DNA from: an uncultured Bacteroidaceae bacterium
GTDB taxonomy: Bacteria > Bacteroidota > Bacteroidia > Bacteroidales > SM23-62
Direction of reading: 5' to 3'
Assembly: GCA_963752525.1 (NCBI GenBank)
Contig: CAVVYS010000004.1
Span: 317,394-381,393 of the forward strand
DNA: 64,000 nucleotides
The notes beneath the pieces are model-generated. The model was not told the DNA's origin and did no database searches. It saw only the letters and a list, made by a program, of their open reading frames with translations. The number at the start of each line of letters is the position of its first letter. Position 1 is the stretch's first letter. This document shows positions 10,528-21,529 of the stretch, piece by piece. A program made the translations under genes and the position numbers.

Positions 10528-11796
10528 TCATTTTTTATTTTCGAGATTGTATTGAGCGATGTCCAGGAAATGTCCCATTTTTTCCTGTTTGGTTTTCAGG
10601 TAAAAGGCATTGTGCTCATTGGGTTCAATCACAAGGGGAATATTTTCGAAAATGGTCAACCCATATCCTTCCAAACCGGCACGTTTTACAGGATTATTGG
10701 TAATGAGCTTTAACTTACCGAGTCCGAGTTCCCTGAGAATATTGGCACCCACACCATAGTCTCTTTCATCGTCTTTGAATCCAAGGTCAATATTGGCTTC
10801 AACAGTATCCCGTCCTTGTTCCTGGAGCTTGTATGCCCTGATCTTATTCGATAATCCTATGCCACGGCCCTCCTGGTTAAGGTAGATCAATACACCCCTG
10901 CCTTCCTTCTCGATCATTTCCATGGCCTTATGGAGCTGAACCCCGCAGTCACAACGGTAGGATCCAAAGATATCACCTGTCATACATGAGGAATGGACCC
11001 TGGTGAGGATTGGCTCATCCTTAGTCAGTTCTCCTTTGACAAGGGCAATATGTTCAAGTCCATTGGATTCCTGGATGAAAGGGATTAATTTGAAATCGCC
11101 ATACGTAGTAGGTAGCATTACCTCCACACCCTTAATAATGATACTGTCTGTCTTAAGCCGATATGCGATCAGATCCTTTATAGTGATCAGCTTCAGATTG
11201 AATTTTCTGGCGATCTTAACAAGCTCGGGCAATCTAGCCATAGACCCATCTTCATTCATGATCTCTACCAGGGCACCTCCCGGTTTTAAACCTGCCAGCT
11301 TGGTAAGATCAACGGTCGCTTCCGTGTGTCCGGTCCTTCTTAAAACACCCTTGGATTTTGCTTTCAGGGGAAAAATGTGTCCGGGTCTGCCAAGATCCTC
11401 GGGCCTGGTAACCGGGTTAATGAGTGAACGGATTGTTTTTGCCCTGTCACTGGCAGAAACCCCCGTGGTCGTGCCATGACCCAATAGATCAACTGAAACA
11501 GTGAAGGCTGTATCGTGTAGGCTTGTATTTTTACCAACCATTAAATCCAGCTCAAGTTGCTTGCATCTCTCCTCAGTAATCGGTGCGCAGATCAAGCCTC
11601 TTCCATGCGTTGCCATGAAATTCACTTTCTGGGTAGTGATATTTTCTGCGGCAGTAACAAAGTCCCCCTCATTCTCCCGGTCCTCATCATCTACCACGAT
11701 GATGATATTTCCTTTTCTTATCTCATCGATGGCCTCATCAATGGAATTGAAGATTACTTTCTCATTATTATATTCTTCTTGTGGGCTGCCAGACAT
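10528..11796 (-). CDS. ribBA: Bifunctional 3,4-dihydroxy-2-butanone-4-phosphate synthase / GTP cyclohydrolase II
   Basis: N-terminal DHBP synthase ([14 protein letters not shown]) and C-terminal GTP cyclohydrolase II (zinc cysteines [16 protein letters not shown]). The start overlaps the upstream GT2 gene by ~29 nt, so there is no room for an FMN riboswitch. Confidence 0.92.
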   Translation of the reverse strand: MSGSPQEEYNNEKVIFNSIDEAIDEIRKGNIIIVVDDEDRENEGDFVTAAENITTQKVNFMATHGRGLICAPITEERCKQLELDLMVGKNTSLHDTAFTVSVDLLGHGTTTGVSASDRAKTIRSLINPVTRPEDLGRPGHIFPLKAKSKGVLRRTGHTEATVDLTKLAGLKPGGALVEIMNEDGSMARLPELVKIARKFNLKLITIKDLIAYRLKTDSIIIKGVEVMLPTTYGDFKLIPFIQESNGLEHIALVKGELTKDEPILTRVHSSCMTGDIFGSYRCDCGVQLHKAMEMIEKEGRGVLIYLNQEGRGIGLSNKIRAYKLQEQGRDTVEANIDLGFKDDERDYGVGANILRELGLGKLKLITNNPVKRAGLEGYGLTIFENIPLVIEPNEHNAFYLKTKQEKMGHFLDIAQYNLENKK

Positions 11797-12934
11797 TTGT
11801 TTCCGTTCCTTTAATAAATTTCAGAAAACCTGCCAAAAGGGCAAGGTTCATGCTATAGAAATGAGTGATGAAGCGCAAAATTACAATATGTAATCCTATT
11901 TTCCTTAATAAAAAGTCAATAAAAGGACTGATGATCAGCCCGCCTTGTATGATCAGAAGAATCATGTAAAGAGGATGGCTGAGGGCAAGGATGCTATTGG
12001 AGATGAGCATTAATAGAAGGAAGAACGGTCCAAGCCATCTTAATACCTTGTGAGAGAAAAAACTGAATGCCACTCCCGTGTAAGGAGGCCATAACAGTTT
12101 ATGGAAGGTTTTAAGATTCTGAAAATTTCCTGCCGCTATCCTGATTTTTCGGCGGAATTCTTCAGACAGGCGATTTGGAACATTTTCGTATCCCAGGGCT
12201 TTCATTTCAAGTATGCATTTCTTTTTTTTCTCAAGCACCTTCATGGTGATATAAAAATCATCAACTGAATATCCATCAGGGACCCTGCAATAGTATTCAT
12301 TCCTTATGGAATAGCAAGCGCCATATGCGCCAATCATGGTTCCCCAGGCTTTTCCCTCATGGAACTTTAGCCTGATCTCCCTGGACATGAAGGACCATTC
12401 CTGGTAGGAGATCCCACTCTTGTCAATTCTTTGGTTTAGTATGTTGGCACCAACCAGACCGATTTGTTCATTCCTGTAATGTTTGACCAGTTCAAAGATG
12501 GTATCAGGGGAGAATAGGACCTGGGCATCGGTCATGATCAAAATAGCACCACTTGCCCTATCCCTGAGTTCATTGATTACTGCCGGTTTACCCCTTCTCT
12601 TAAGGGAAGCGATAAAATGGAAAGACTCATGATCCTTTGAGAATTCCTCCAGAATATCATTGGTCCTGTCAGAAGAACCATCTGAACCTACTAAAATTTC
12701 AAATCTGTCACCCGGATATCCAGTGTCAAATAAACTTTGAATTTTCTCAAAGATGATTTTTTCTTCATTATAGACAGCCATAATAATGGATACGTAAGGT
12801 AGGTCATCAGTTGCCAGGAGAATGTTGTCGTTCTCTTTCCTGAGTCCAGATACGAGACTGGCTACCAGGGGATAAATAATATATGACTGTAAAATGGCAA
12901 CAACGGAAACCCACAATATAATTTCCCAGATCAT
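11768..12934 (-). CDS. Family 2 glycosyltransferase (membrane-anchored)
   Basis: GT-A fold motifs ([21 protein letters not shown], DxD region) with N- and C-terminal TM segments. Confidence 0.8.
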   Translation of the reverse strand: MIWEIILWVSVVAILQSYIIYPLVASLVSGLRKENDNILLATDDLPYVSIIMAVYNEEKIIFEKIQSLFDTGYPGDRFEILVGSDGSSDRTNDILEEFSKDHESFHFIASLKRRGKPAVINELRDRASGAILIMTDAQVLFSPDTIFELVKHYRNEQIGLVGANILNQRIDKSGISYQEWSFMSREIRLKFHEGKAWGTMIGAYGACYSIRNEYYCRVPDGYSVDDFYITMKVLEKKKKCILEMKALGYENVPNRLSEEFRRKIRIAAGNFQNLKTFHKLLWPPYTGVAFSFFSHKVLRWLGPFFLLLMLISNSILALSHPLYMILLIIQGGLIISPFIDFLLRKIGLHIVILRFITHFYSMNLALLAGFLKFIKGTETNVWQPTRRI

Positions 12935-14127
12935 AGGAGTTGCTCTTTATAAAAGGAGATCAGTTTTTCGGAGAGCGCTAATATATCAAAATTTTCAGTA
13001 ACAAATTGGCGAGATTTCTGGCCTATTAACTGCAGTTGATCATCCTGGGTCTGCAGGTTTTCAAGGATCCTGATATAATCAGCCGGTGTATCAGCCAGGA
13101 AAAGATGTTCTCCGTCCCTGGCCTCCAATCCACCAGCCCCAATCCTGGTACTGATTACGGTCTTCCCCATGGCCATGGCTTCTAGTATCTTGATTCGGAT
13201 ACCGCTGCCTGTAAGCAAGGGAACAATCATCACTGTATGATGATGAAAAAATTCAATCGCGTCTTCAACTTCACCCTCTAATCTGACATTGTCAGGCAGG
13301 GTTCTGCTATCGAAATAATATGCCGGATTTCTCCCCGCAAGGTTAAGGGTGAGCCCTGGATATTTAAGCCTAATCTCAGGCCATACTTCCCTGAAGAACC
13401 AGTCAAGACCTTCCTGGTTAGGCCCCCAATCCAGTGCCCCTATAAAAAAGAGCAGGATCCTGTTTTCCTCAATATTCACCGGATAATGGGAAATGTCGAT
13501 TCCGGTTGGGATGACCATAACCGGTAAGGCATGGCCCAGCTCATCAAATTCCATACGGTCTACTTCTGATATCGGGATAAGTAGGTCTATCTCGGAAAGT
13601 GTCTTTTTCTCCAGTTTTTTTATTCTCCTGGCAAGGGTTTTGAAATACAACCGTTTCAGCGGATTAGACTCCTGTTTTGACATGAGTTTCCAAATCTGAT
13701 GTTCCAGGTTATGCGCCCGCAAAACTATCCTGGCCCTACCCTTGATGCTGGGAATATAATACGAAAGGTAGGGCCCCTCTAATTGAACAATATCAAAATC
13801 CTGCTCTGCAAGGCATTTTTCCAATCTTGTCTTAAAAGATTTTGAAATGAACCTTTGTGCATTGTAGGGATACCTGGAAAAGAGAAAATTGAGTATCAGC
13901 CTCAGGGGACGAATTTCTGTGTCCACATTTACTGACCGGATGGAGATCTTTTCCCTCAGGTTCGCCGGTAAATTCGATTCAGGGAAATAATGCTTCCCTG
14001 TATTCATGGTTAGCAATGTGACATGACAGTTTTTTTGAGCAAAACCCAGTGCCATGTTCAGGGTTGCTATGGCACCACCATCCCTTGCTGGCCAGGGCAT
14101 TTTAGTACTCAGGATCAGGATCTTCAT
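12931..14127 (-). CDS. Family 4 glycosyltransferase (GT-B)
   Basis: C-terminal GT4 signature EAMAMGKTVISTRIGAGGLE; 4-nt overlaps with both neighbours. Confidence 0.8.
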   Translation of the reverse strand: MKILILSTKMPWPARDGGAIATLNMALGFAQKNCHVTLLTMNTGKHYFPESNLPANLREKISIRSVNVDTEIRPLRLILNFLFSRYPYNAQRFISKSFKTRLEKCLAEQDFDIVQLEGPYLSYYIPSIKGRARIVLRAHNLEHQIWKLMSKQESNPLKRLYFKTLARRIKKLEKKTLSEIDLLIPISEVDRMEFDELGHALPVMVIPTGIDISHYPVNIEENRILLFFIGALDWGPNQEGLDWFFREVWPEIRLKYPGLTLNLAGRNPAYYFDSRTLPDNVRLEGEVEDAIEFFHHHTVMIVPLLTGSGIRIKILEAMAMGKTVISTRIGAGGLEARDGEHLFLADTPADYIRILENLQTQDDQLQLIGQKSRQFVTENFDILALSEKLISFYKEQLL

Positions 14128-15617
14128 GTTCTGTTGGCAAGCTTTATCCGGGTATAACGAATCCTCCTTCTGATCCTTCTGAAGAAAATATAATAAGTTT
14201 CCATGTTCAAAAGGGTGGAGTCAGTCATGGACTTGTATGTGAGCCAGATTCCGATTGGCAGGAGAATGGCAGAGGAAAGCCACATCCCCAATACGGGACT
14301 TAGGCCGCTGTCTCTCGCCAATTGTTCTCCGGACATGGACAAAACATACCAGGCCAGGAAGAATAAAACGGATATAACGGTAGGCATACCCAGTCCGCCT
14401 TTCCTGATAATTGCCCCTAGCGGGGCACCGATAAAGAAAAAGATAAGGCAGGCAAAAGACAGTGTGAATTTTCGCTGGGTTTCAATCTGGTATCTTCTCA
14501 GACGGCCTACTTTGGACTCTGTGTTTGTACTGGAGGTAGCTATATGGTTCATGGAGGCCCGTGCCTGTACCAGAGCCTGGTCAATGGTCTGAATTTTGTA
14601 TCTGTCCTCCAGCTTATAATACAGGCTGTCCATATTCAGCCTGTAAATCACATCTTCATCATCATTGGGCTCAGTTTTGGTTGTCTTGGGAACAATCTTC
14701 CTGTAATTATAATAGGTGCGTTGGCTGAGCACTTCGTTAACGTTATTGTAGATTTTATTGATCTCAATCCGGAATGAATCCTCGTAATGCGCCAGGGAGT
14801 TGAGGCTCATCATGGAATAATTACTCTTGAACAGGGATTCATCCGTACGGTCCATACCAAATCCTGTAAGCTCTATCAGGATTGTCTGCTCCTGGAAGAG
14901 ATCCCTTCTGTGCGGGTATGTAAAGTCTTTCTTGTTTTTCCTGTCAGATTCAATTTCATTATAGGAACGGCCACTGTAGAGTGTAAAGATCAGATACTGG
15001 TCATCTGCGGAGACCTTCATGTAACCTGAATCTGCCACAGTAACCATGATATTACCCTTACGTTCCGTGTGATCATAAATTCGTATTCCGTATAATATAT
15101 TGGTATCAGGATCCCTGGTATCAATTCTCATGCTGTAACCTTCGATACCATTGTAGAAAATTCCTTCCACAATCTGGAAGGAGGGTCGTTTTCGCTGAAT
15201 ATCATACAACAAAGACCTCATTTTTAGATTGGTAACCGGCAGCATATAGTTAGAGAAAAGGAAAGCTCCAATACTCAGGAAAACTGCCACAATGATGAGA
15301 GGAAGCATAATCCTGACAAGCGAAACACCTGAGGATTTCATGGCCGTCAGTTCATAGAATTCACCAAGGTTGCCAAAGGTCATCAGGGCGGCCATCAGGA
15401 TGGCCAGGGGTAAAGCCATGGGCACCATAGTAGCTGTGAGATAGAGGACAAATTCTGATACGACAGGGATTTCCAGACCTTTGCCAATGAGATCATTGAT
15501 GTATTTAAAAAGGAATTGCATGACCATGATAAAAATCACGATGAAAAATGTCATCGCAAAAGGCCCTGCAAATGATCTCAACAGTAGAATATGTAAGCGC
15601 TTGGCTCTGAAATGCAT
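14124..15617 (-). CDS. LptF/LptG-family (YjgP/YjgQ) permease
   Basis: 497 aa; N-terminal 3-TM bundle, large periplasmic beta-jellyroll-like insert, C-terminal 3 TM; N-terminus MHFRAKRLHILLLRSFAGPFAMTFF is characteristic of the family. Confidence 0.72.
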   Translation of the reverse strand: MHFRAKRLHILLLRSFAGPFAMTFFIVIFIMVMQFLFKYINDLIGKGLEIPVVSEFVLYLTATMVPMALPLAILMAALMTFGNLGEFYELTAMKSSGVSLVRIMLPLIIVAVFLSIGAFLFSNYMLPVTNLKMRSLLYDIQRKRPSFQIVEGIFYNGIEGYSMRIDTRDPDTNILYGIRIYDHTERKGNIMVTVADSGYMKVSADDQYLIFTLYSGRSYNEIESDRKNKKDFTYPHRRDLFQEQTILIELTGFGMDRTDESLFKSNYSMMSLNSLAHYEDSFRIEINKIYNNVNEVLSQRTYYNYRKIVPKTTKTEPNDDEDVIYRLNMDSLYYKLEDRYKIQTIDQALVQARASMNHIATSSTNTESKVGRLRRYQIETQRKFTLSFACLIFFFIGAPLGAIIRKGGLGMPTVISVLFFLAWYVLSMSGEQLARDSGLSPVLGMWLSSAILLPIGIWLTYKSMTDSTLLNMETYYIFFRRIRRRIRYTRIKLANRT

Positions 15618-15683
15618 CTGCTTTGTGTTATACCAGTAGAACGGGTATAAAGGTAAGATATTTTGGAGGATTGCGTGAGAAGA

Positions 15684-16061
15684 TTAAAGACCGATCACGT
15701 GTTTTAACTCTGATATCTGGCTGTCCCAGAGATCCACAGCATCCGTCGTTTCATCATCTTCAGCAAAATCTGTGATCATTAATGAAACGTCTCCGGTAAG
15801 TTCATCCTGGTTCAGGCGGAATTCAAAGTATGATTCCTTGTCTTCTTCCTCGACCCACCGAAACCTGATATATTTATTATCCTTTCGCTGAACAACCTCT
15901 GCCTGCTGTTCCGATTGCTCCCAAATGAAGGTGTAAATGCCACCCTGCAAATTTACATCATCGGCAAACCATTCCGCCAGGCCTCCCGGTGTACTAAGCC
16001 GGTTAAACAATACCCTTGGTGAAGAATTGATCGCGTACTCAAGCTCAAATTTCTTTTTCAT
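15684..16061 (-). CDS. SRPBCC-superfamily (START/AHSA1-like) small protein
   Basis: 125 aa; pattern ...PRVLFNRLSTPGGLAEWFADDV... typical of AHSA1/polyketide-cyclase-like folds. Confidence 0.5.
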   Translation of the reverse strand: MKKKFELEYAINSSPRVLFNRLSTPGGLAEWFADDVNLQGGIYTFIWEQSEQQAEVVQRKDNKYIRFRWVEEEDKESYFEFRLNQDELTGDVSLMITDFAEDDETTDAVDLWDSQISELKHVIGL

Positions 16062-16251
16062 TCAGATCCGCAATATTTGGTTTGCTCATCACTCTGTAAC
16101 TGCAATATAGTAAATTATTTAGATATTATGTATGAATATATTTAATCATGCTCATCATAAGTCCAGAGAGACAAAAAATCATCGTGGAAAACTTTCACAT
16201 GTGGTACCTCTCTTTTTTTTTATATTTGAGATTGTCAACCACTATTTCGCT

Positions 16252-18666
16252 ATGCGTCAGCTAGCTTTTATCTTTTTCTGCCTGTTTCTGATTCCTGTCA
16301 GGGCCACCCCTCAGGATCAAAAACTTTTCAAGCAGACTTTCATTGATGCTGAATATGCATTCATTACGGAGGAATATGAAGAGGCTCTTAATCTGTATAC
16401 TGAATTGCTTAATATGGATCCTGAGAATGCCAATCTGCATTTTCTGACAGGGGCTTGCTACCTTAGTATGTATGGGGAGAAGCAAAAAGCTATTCCACAC
16501 CTGGAAAAAGCAACCCAGAGTATGACCACCGGTTACCGTGAAGGATCCTATAAAGAGAGAAATGCTCCGAGAGAATCTTTTTTTGCGCTGGCAAGGGCAT
16601 ATCATATACAGCATGAATTTGAGCTGGCGATCGAGCATTACCAGAAATACCGGAATATAATGTTTAAGAAGCATTTTGCAGAGGTTGAATATGTTAATAA
16701 GCAGATAAAGTCCTGCGAACTGGCGATGAGCATGATACAGCAGCCTCTCGATATCCGGTTTCTCAGTCTGGGTGATCAGGTGAACCAGTTTACAAGCAAT
16801 TATAATCCGGTTGTATCCATGGATGATTCAACCCTTGTATATTTGACTGATCAGCCGGTCAAACGGACCATCAAGATCATCCATCGCACGAAGGAGGGCT
16901 GGACAGATCCACGGACCATCAATGAAGAGCTTGGATCAGGGGGAGATTGTTATCCCACCTGTCTGTCATTTGACGGAAAGGAGTTGTTTCTTGTCAAAAG
17001 GAATTATGACGAATCGGATATATATGTCAGTTACCGGAAGGGAAACAGGTGGACCCGCATGGTGATGTTAAATGAACACGTTAATACAGATTATTTTGAA
17101 ACCCATGCCTTTATCACGAACAACGGTAAAGCCCTGTATTTTACAAGTGACAGGCCTGGTGGACAGGGAGCCATGGATATCTGGGTATCCGAGACGACCT
17201 CTCAGGGCGACTGGGGCCCACCTATGAATCTCGGTCCCAAGATAAATTCCCATTATAATGAAGAAACACCTTTCCTGACAGAGAACAGTAAGAAATTGTA
17301 TTTCAGCTCACAGGGACATGCCACGATGGGTGGTTATGATATTTTTGTTGCCGAAAAAGTACCCTCCCTGCAGCTTGGAGCAGGCGGAGTTTTATCAGAG
17401 GATGCTTCCGATGAACAACCTTCAGACAGGTGGTCATTTTCCCAAAATGCAGGATATCCAATAAGTACAACAGACGATGACCTGTTCTACGTCCCACGAA
17501 GAAATGGCGAGCGGGGATATTATGCCATCATCATTGATTCAATCAGCCCTGAAAGGCATATTTATACCATGATGCCAAACCTGGTTGAAAAAGTTCAGAT
17601 CACTGCAATACAGCAGACTGCAGAGACAAAGGTTGAGCCTCCTGCAGAGGAGATCAAAACAATCAGTGAGGAGGCCCTTGAAGATACTACAGCAACGGTT
17701 GAGTATGCTCTTCCGGAAACGTTAGAGGACCCTCCCCCTGGTGAAACTGATCCGGATATATATTTTGTCCTTAACAGTATCCTGTTTGATTTCGAAAGTT
17801 TTACCCTGAATGAAGCTGCCACGAAGGAAGCGGACCGGATACTGGAGGCCATGCAGAGCAATCCGGAAATAGAATTGGAACTAACAGGTCATACTGATGA
17901 ACTCGGTGCGGATGAATACAATCTTCGGCTATCAGAACGCCGTGCACAATCTGTCGCAGATTATCTGACCAGTCGTGGGATCAGCAAGGAGAGGATACAG
18001 GTCAGGGCTTCAGGGGAAACCGAACCTATTGCCATCAATAAATACGAGGATGGCACTGATAGTCCAGAAGGCCGCCAGCTGAACAGGCACGTTTCTCTGA
18101 AATTTGAGAATCTGCAGGATGAAAGGATTAAAGTGGCTGATATATTTGTGCCGGATCATCTACGATCAAAGAAAGACCAGTCATTCAGCGTGCTACTTAT
18201 AAACAGTGATCAGATGCTTGATACCATACCGGATGAGGTAGCCGGGGAGAGAACAGCCCTGATCATTACGGATTCAGCCTTCCTCTATACGGCAGGCAAT
18301 TTTCAGAAAAAGACCGACGCCCTGATATATCTCAATGAGGTTGTTGACCTGGGCTATCCGGATGCCGGTATGTTGGAAAAAAGGGACCTGGAACAGTTGA
18401 TTGCACAGCTTTCGGAAGAAGGGATTATGGTGGAGGCCAGTTTCACAATACAGATCATGGCCCTTAAGAAACCCGTTAATGTTGATTTTTTCCGGCCCCT
18501 GGAGGGCGTGCAAATGTATGCAGGTCGTGACGGGCTCCACCGCTATGTTTACGGAGAGTATGACGGGATTGACCTTGCATTGGATATTCTTCCGACCCTG
18601 AAAGATAGGGGCTACCATGATGCTTTTATCATGAGTGTTCTTCGGTATCGTAGATTGCAGGAATAA
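16252..18666 (+). CDS. Envelope protein: signal peptide, TPR repeats, TolB-like (PD40/WD40) beta-propeller, OmpA-family peptidoglycan-binding domain, C-terminal SPOR-like domain
   Basis: ORF track starts at 16132 but the signal peptide begins at Met 16252 (MRQLAFIFFCLFLIPVRA). TPR region with Y/A/L heptads; PD40-like repeats (ALYFTSDRPGGQGAMDIWVSE; KLYFSSQGHATMGGYDIFVAE); OmpA motif (TGHTDELGADEYNLRLSERRAQSVADYL); last ~70 aa resemble a SPOR domain (FTIQIMALKK...YRVYVGEY-like). Confidence 0.8.
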   Translation: MRQLAFIFFCLFLIPVRATPQDQKLFKQTFIDAEYAFITEEYEEALNLYTELLNMDPENANLHFLTGACYLSMYGEKQKAIPHLEKATQSMTTGYREGSYKERNAPRESFFALARAYHIQHEFELAIEHYQKYRNIMFKKHFAEVEYVNKQIKSCELAMSMIQQPLDIRFLSLGDQVNQFTSNYNPVVSMDDSTLVYLTDQPVKRTIKIIHRTKEGWTDPRTINEELGSGGDCYPTCLSFDGKELFLVKRNYDESDIYVSYRKGNRWTRMVMLNEHVNTDYFETHAFITNNGKALYFTSDRPGGQGAMDIWVSETTSQGDWGPPMNLGPKINSHYNEETPFLTENSKKLYFSSQGHATMGGYDIFVAEKVPSLQLGAGGVLSEDASDEQPSDRWSFSQNAGYPISTTDDDLFYVPRRNGERGYYAIIIDSISPERHIYTMMPNLVEKVQITAIQQTAETKVEPPAEEIKTISEEALEDTTATVEYALPETLEDPPPGETDPDIYFVLNSILFDFESFTLNEAATKEADRILEAMQSNPEIELELTGHTDELGADEYNLRLSERRAQSVADYLTSRGISKERIQVRASGETEPIAINKYEDGTDSPEGRQLNRHVSLKFENLQDERIKVADIFVPDHLRSKKDQSFSVLLINSDQMLDTIPDEVAGERTALIITDSAFLYTAGNFQKKTDALIYLNEVVDLGYPDAGMLEKRDLEQLIAQLSEEGIMVEASFTIQIMALKKPVNVDFFRPLEGVQMYAGRDGLHRYVYGEYDGIDLALDILPTLKDRGYHDAFIMSVLRYRRLQE

Positions 18667-18690
18667 TTTGTCTTTTCTGTGGTAAGGGGA

Positions 18691-19707
18691 CTATTTGCCC
18701 AGGATATAGGGCAATGTATCAGCCAGGGAATCGAAATATCCTGATAAGAGGGGTTTGATGCCGCTCCGTTCAATATTGCCCCCGGAGATACCCAAGGCGG
18801 TGAACCCGGCCAGCCGAATAGATAAAACCCCTGCCGACGAATCTTCCAGTCCCACAATACCATCACTTTCTTCGACTGGTATTTCAAGCCCTATTCTGGC
18901 AGTTTCCGCATATAGCCATGGATGAGGCTTGGGAGCCAGCTCCCCCAGGGTACCCGTCTGCCCTTTCCGCATTGTTTGTCCAGCAGTAATAATAGCATCA
19001 TAAAAATCAAGCGGATCACCCAGGTTCATTGTCCGGAAAGCCGATACAATTTCAGGCCAGGCCTTTTCATAGAGTCCGGAAGTTACCAAACCTATCCTGA
19101 TCTTATTTGACTTCAGGGTGAGTAAAAAATCCTTCAATCCCGGATTGGGAACAAAGGCATCCTGCCGGCCACGTCCTTCAACTATCTCCTTCATTTCATA
19201 ATGGGCAATCTCGAAATATTTCTGGCGGGCTTCTGCGAGGTTTTTTTCCGGACAATACTTCCGGATACAATGCTCAAGGTGTTCTGATACAGAATGTCCG
19301 GACACATGAGGTTCATCTTCATCTTCCAGTTCAAAGCGGGGATTATCAATCAATCTGGCTGTGGTCTCCTGGATTATCCAGATCCAGAATTTTTCACTGT
19401 GAACACTGGTCCCGTCAAGATCCATCAGGACCGCTATTGCAGGTGATTTGAACATGGGCTCCCTGAGCTGGTACATGGCGGGAAAACCAAGCTGGGATTT
19501 TACAAAAACAAGTGTTTTATCTTCATAGACAATGAATTCAGCCTTATTATCTGCGGGGGTCAGGATGATCTTCACACCCTCTTTCCCGGTTCTGAAAAGT
19601 CCGTTGCCTCCACTTGAGATTTCAGTGAATGTATCCAGCATATTGGAAGTACCAGGGCCAAAACCGGGTAGATGGTTCATGAATGATTCAGTTCTTTGTT
19701 CAGGCAA
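18691..19707 (-). CDS. HAD-superfamily hydrolase (subfamily IA-like) with ~100-aa N-terminal extension
   Basis: Motif I LMDLDGTSV, motif III/IV GLEDSSAGV; N-terminal domain of unknown function. Confidence 0.6.
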   Translation of the reverse strand: MPEQRTESFMNHLPGFGPGTSNMLDTFTEISSGGNGLFRTGKEGVKIILTPADNKAEFIVYEDKTLVFVKSQLGFPAMYQLREPMFKSPAIAVLMDLDGTSVHSEKFWIWIIQETTARLIDNPRFELEDEDEPHVSGHSVSEHLEHCIRKYCPEKNLAEARQKYFEIAHYEMKEIVEGRGRQDAFVPNPGLKDFLLTLKSNKIRIGLVTSGLYEKAWPEIVSAFRTMNLGDPLDFYDAIITAGQTMRKGQTGTLGELAPKPHPWLYAETARIGLEIPVEESDGIVGLEDSSAGVLSIRLAGFTALGISGGNIERSGIKPLLSGYFDSLADTLPYILGK

Positions 19708-19767
19708 AAGTAATAAGTTCTGCCGAACAGACTATAAGTACTGCTACACAACTTAGGTCAGGAATCC

Positions 19768-21516
19768 TTAATCGCAATCCGCGAGATCCTTTGCCCATTC
19801 AGGTTTGCTTGATCTTTTTGGTGGTTTTGGAACAGCATTGGCCCCTATTGCCCAGGCCTGCCATTCAGCAGCAAGTTCCTTTACCATGTCAGGGTACTGG
19901 GAAGCAAGGTTGTAATTTTCCGTGCGGTCAGCTTCCAGGTCATAAAGTTCCCAGAACCTGATCGGGAGATTATCATGTTCATCATGGTCATGCGGCCAGC
20001 GGCAAGCCCTGGAAACCAGTTTCCATTTCCCTTTTCGGATGGCCCGGTTACCTTCGTGTTCCCAGTATAAGAATTCCTTATCGAGCGGGTGATTCTCAAA
20101 ACTTGGTGCCAGGCTGGCTCCTGCCATAGGATGTATTTTATTCCCCTTGAATTCTTCAGGGTAGCTTGCCTCGCTCAGATCTGCGCAAGTGGCCATAATA
20201 TCGACCAGCTGGGAGGGTTGGTCCCTGAATTCCCCCCTGGCTTTTATCCCTGCAGGCCAGTGTACGATCAGAGGAGTGGAAATTCCGCCTTCATGTGACC
20301 AGTGCTTAAACATGCGGAATGGTGTATTGCTGGCGTTTGCCCATTCCTCGGCGTAGCCGATAAAGGTATCTGCTGGTCCGGGTAGTACCCCATGGCCAAC
20401 CTTTACCGGTTTTCCTTCACGTGTATATTTTGGAACCATTTCAGTCTGCAACTCTCCAGATGCCATGGGAAACAATACCAATTCTCCTTCCGGTGGGATA
20501 TAAGTTTTTCCGAAACCATAGGTCTCTGCACAAGCTCCATTGTCCTGGAGGTAAAAAATGATCGTATTCTCAAGTTTCCCCTGTGCTTCCAGCTCTTTGA
20601 CGATCCTGCCGATGCCCTGGTCCATATTGTCGAGCATGGCGGCATAAACCTCCATACACCTGGCATGCCATTCTTTGTTGTCTGCCATTTCCCATTCACT
20701 ATCAGCTGGATATGCCGGTGACATTTCCCAGGTTGGACTGATAAGTCCCATTTCAATCATCCTCCTATATCTTGCTGATCTGATAGAATCCCAGCCGATA
20801 TCATACATTCCCTTATACTTTGCGATGTCTTCCGGCAGCGCATGCATAGGCCAGTGGGCTGCCGTATAGGCCACATACATGAAAAAAGGATCATTTGAAT
20901 CATGTTCCCTGATGAACTTAACAGCAGTATCACTGATAGCATCGGTATAGTAGAATCCATCTCCTGGGGTGATTAGGGTGTTTCCACTTGTCAGGGTATG
21001 GGGATCGTAAAAGCTACCGGCTCCCTGGATGGTGCCAAAAAACCTGTCGAATCCCCGCTGCAAAGGCCAGTTATTCCTGGGAGGATCTTCCTGGCTGAAT
21101 TTGTATTTGGTAACATGCCATTTCCCTGACATGTAGTTTTTATATCCTGCCGTTTTCATCACCTGTGCAATGGTCAGGCAATGCGCATTCAGATCACCAC
21201 GGTAGCCATCATTGCCCCTGTCATTCACCATATGTCCTATCCCGGCCTGGTGCTGGTGCAGTCCGGTCAGCAGGGCGGCCCTTGTCGGACAACACCTTGA
21301 AGTATTATAAAATTGTGTATATCTGAGTCCACCGGCTGCCAGTCCATCTAGGTTGGGTGTCATGATCTCTCCACCGTAACATCCGATATCGGAATACCCG
21401 ACATCATCGGACATGATCAGGATGATATTAGGTTGATCCGGCTTCTCAGGGGGAACACAAGTGGCTATAAGAAAACTGGATAAAATGAACAACAGGGACC
21501 TGGTAACTTGTTTCAT
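19768..21516 (-). CDS. Secreted arylsulfatase (formylglycine-dependent sulfatase family)
   Basis: Signal peptide; sulfatase signature with Cys-type FGly site (SRCCPTRAALLTG) and downstream GKWH motif. Confidence 0.88.
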   Translation of the reverse strand: MKQVTRSLLFILSSFLIATCVPPEKPDQPNIILIMSDDVGYSDIGCYGGEIMTPNLDGLAAGGLRYTQFYNTSRCCPTRAALLTGLHQHQAGIGHMVNDRGNDGYRGDLNAHCLTIAQVMKTAGYKNYMSGKWHVTKYKFSQEDPPRNNWPLQRGFDRFFGTIQGAGSFYDPHTLTSGNTLITPGDGFYYTDAISDTAVKFIREHDSNDPFFMYVAYTAAHWPMHALPEDIAKYKGMYDIGWDSIRSARYRRMIEMGLISPTWEMSPAYPADSEWEMADNKEWHARCMEVYAAMLDNMDQGIGRIVKELEAQGKLENTIIFYLQDNGACAETYGFGKTYIPPEGELVLFPMASGELQTEMVPKYTREGKPVKVGHGVLPGPADTFIGYAEEWANASNTPFRMFKHWSHEGGISTPLIVHWPAGIKARGEFRDQPSQLVDIMATCADLSEASYPEEFKGNKIHPMAGASLAPSFENHPLDKEFLYWEHEGNRAIRKGKWKLVSRACRWPHDHDEHDNLPIRFWELYDLEADRTENYNLASQYPDMVKELAAEWQAWAIGANAVPKPPKRSSKPEWAKDLADCD

Positions 21517-21529
21517 GGCTGTAGGGGGA

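Noticed and set aside
10528-11830. Looked for an FMN riboswitch upstream of ribBA
   Set aside because: The upstream GT2 coding sequence overlaps the ribBA start by ~29 nt on the same strand; there is no leader that could hold the ~130-nt aptamer.
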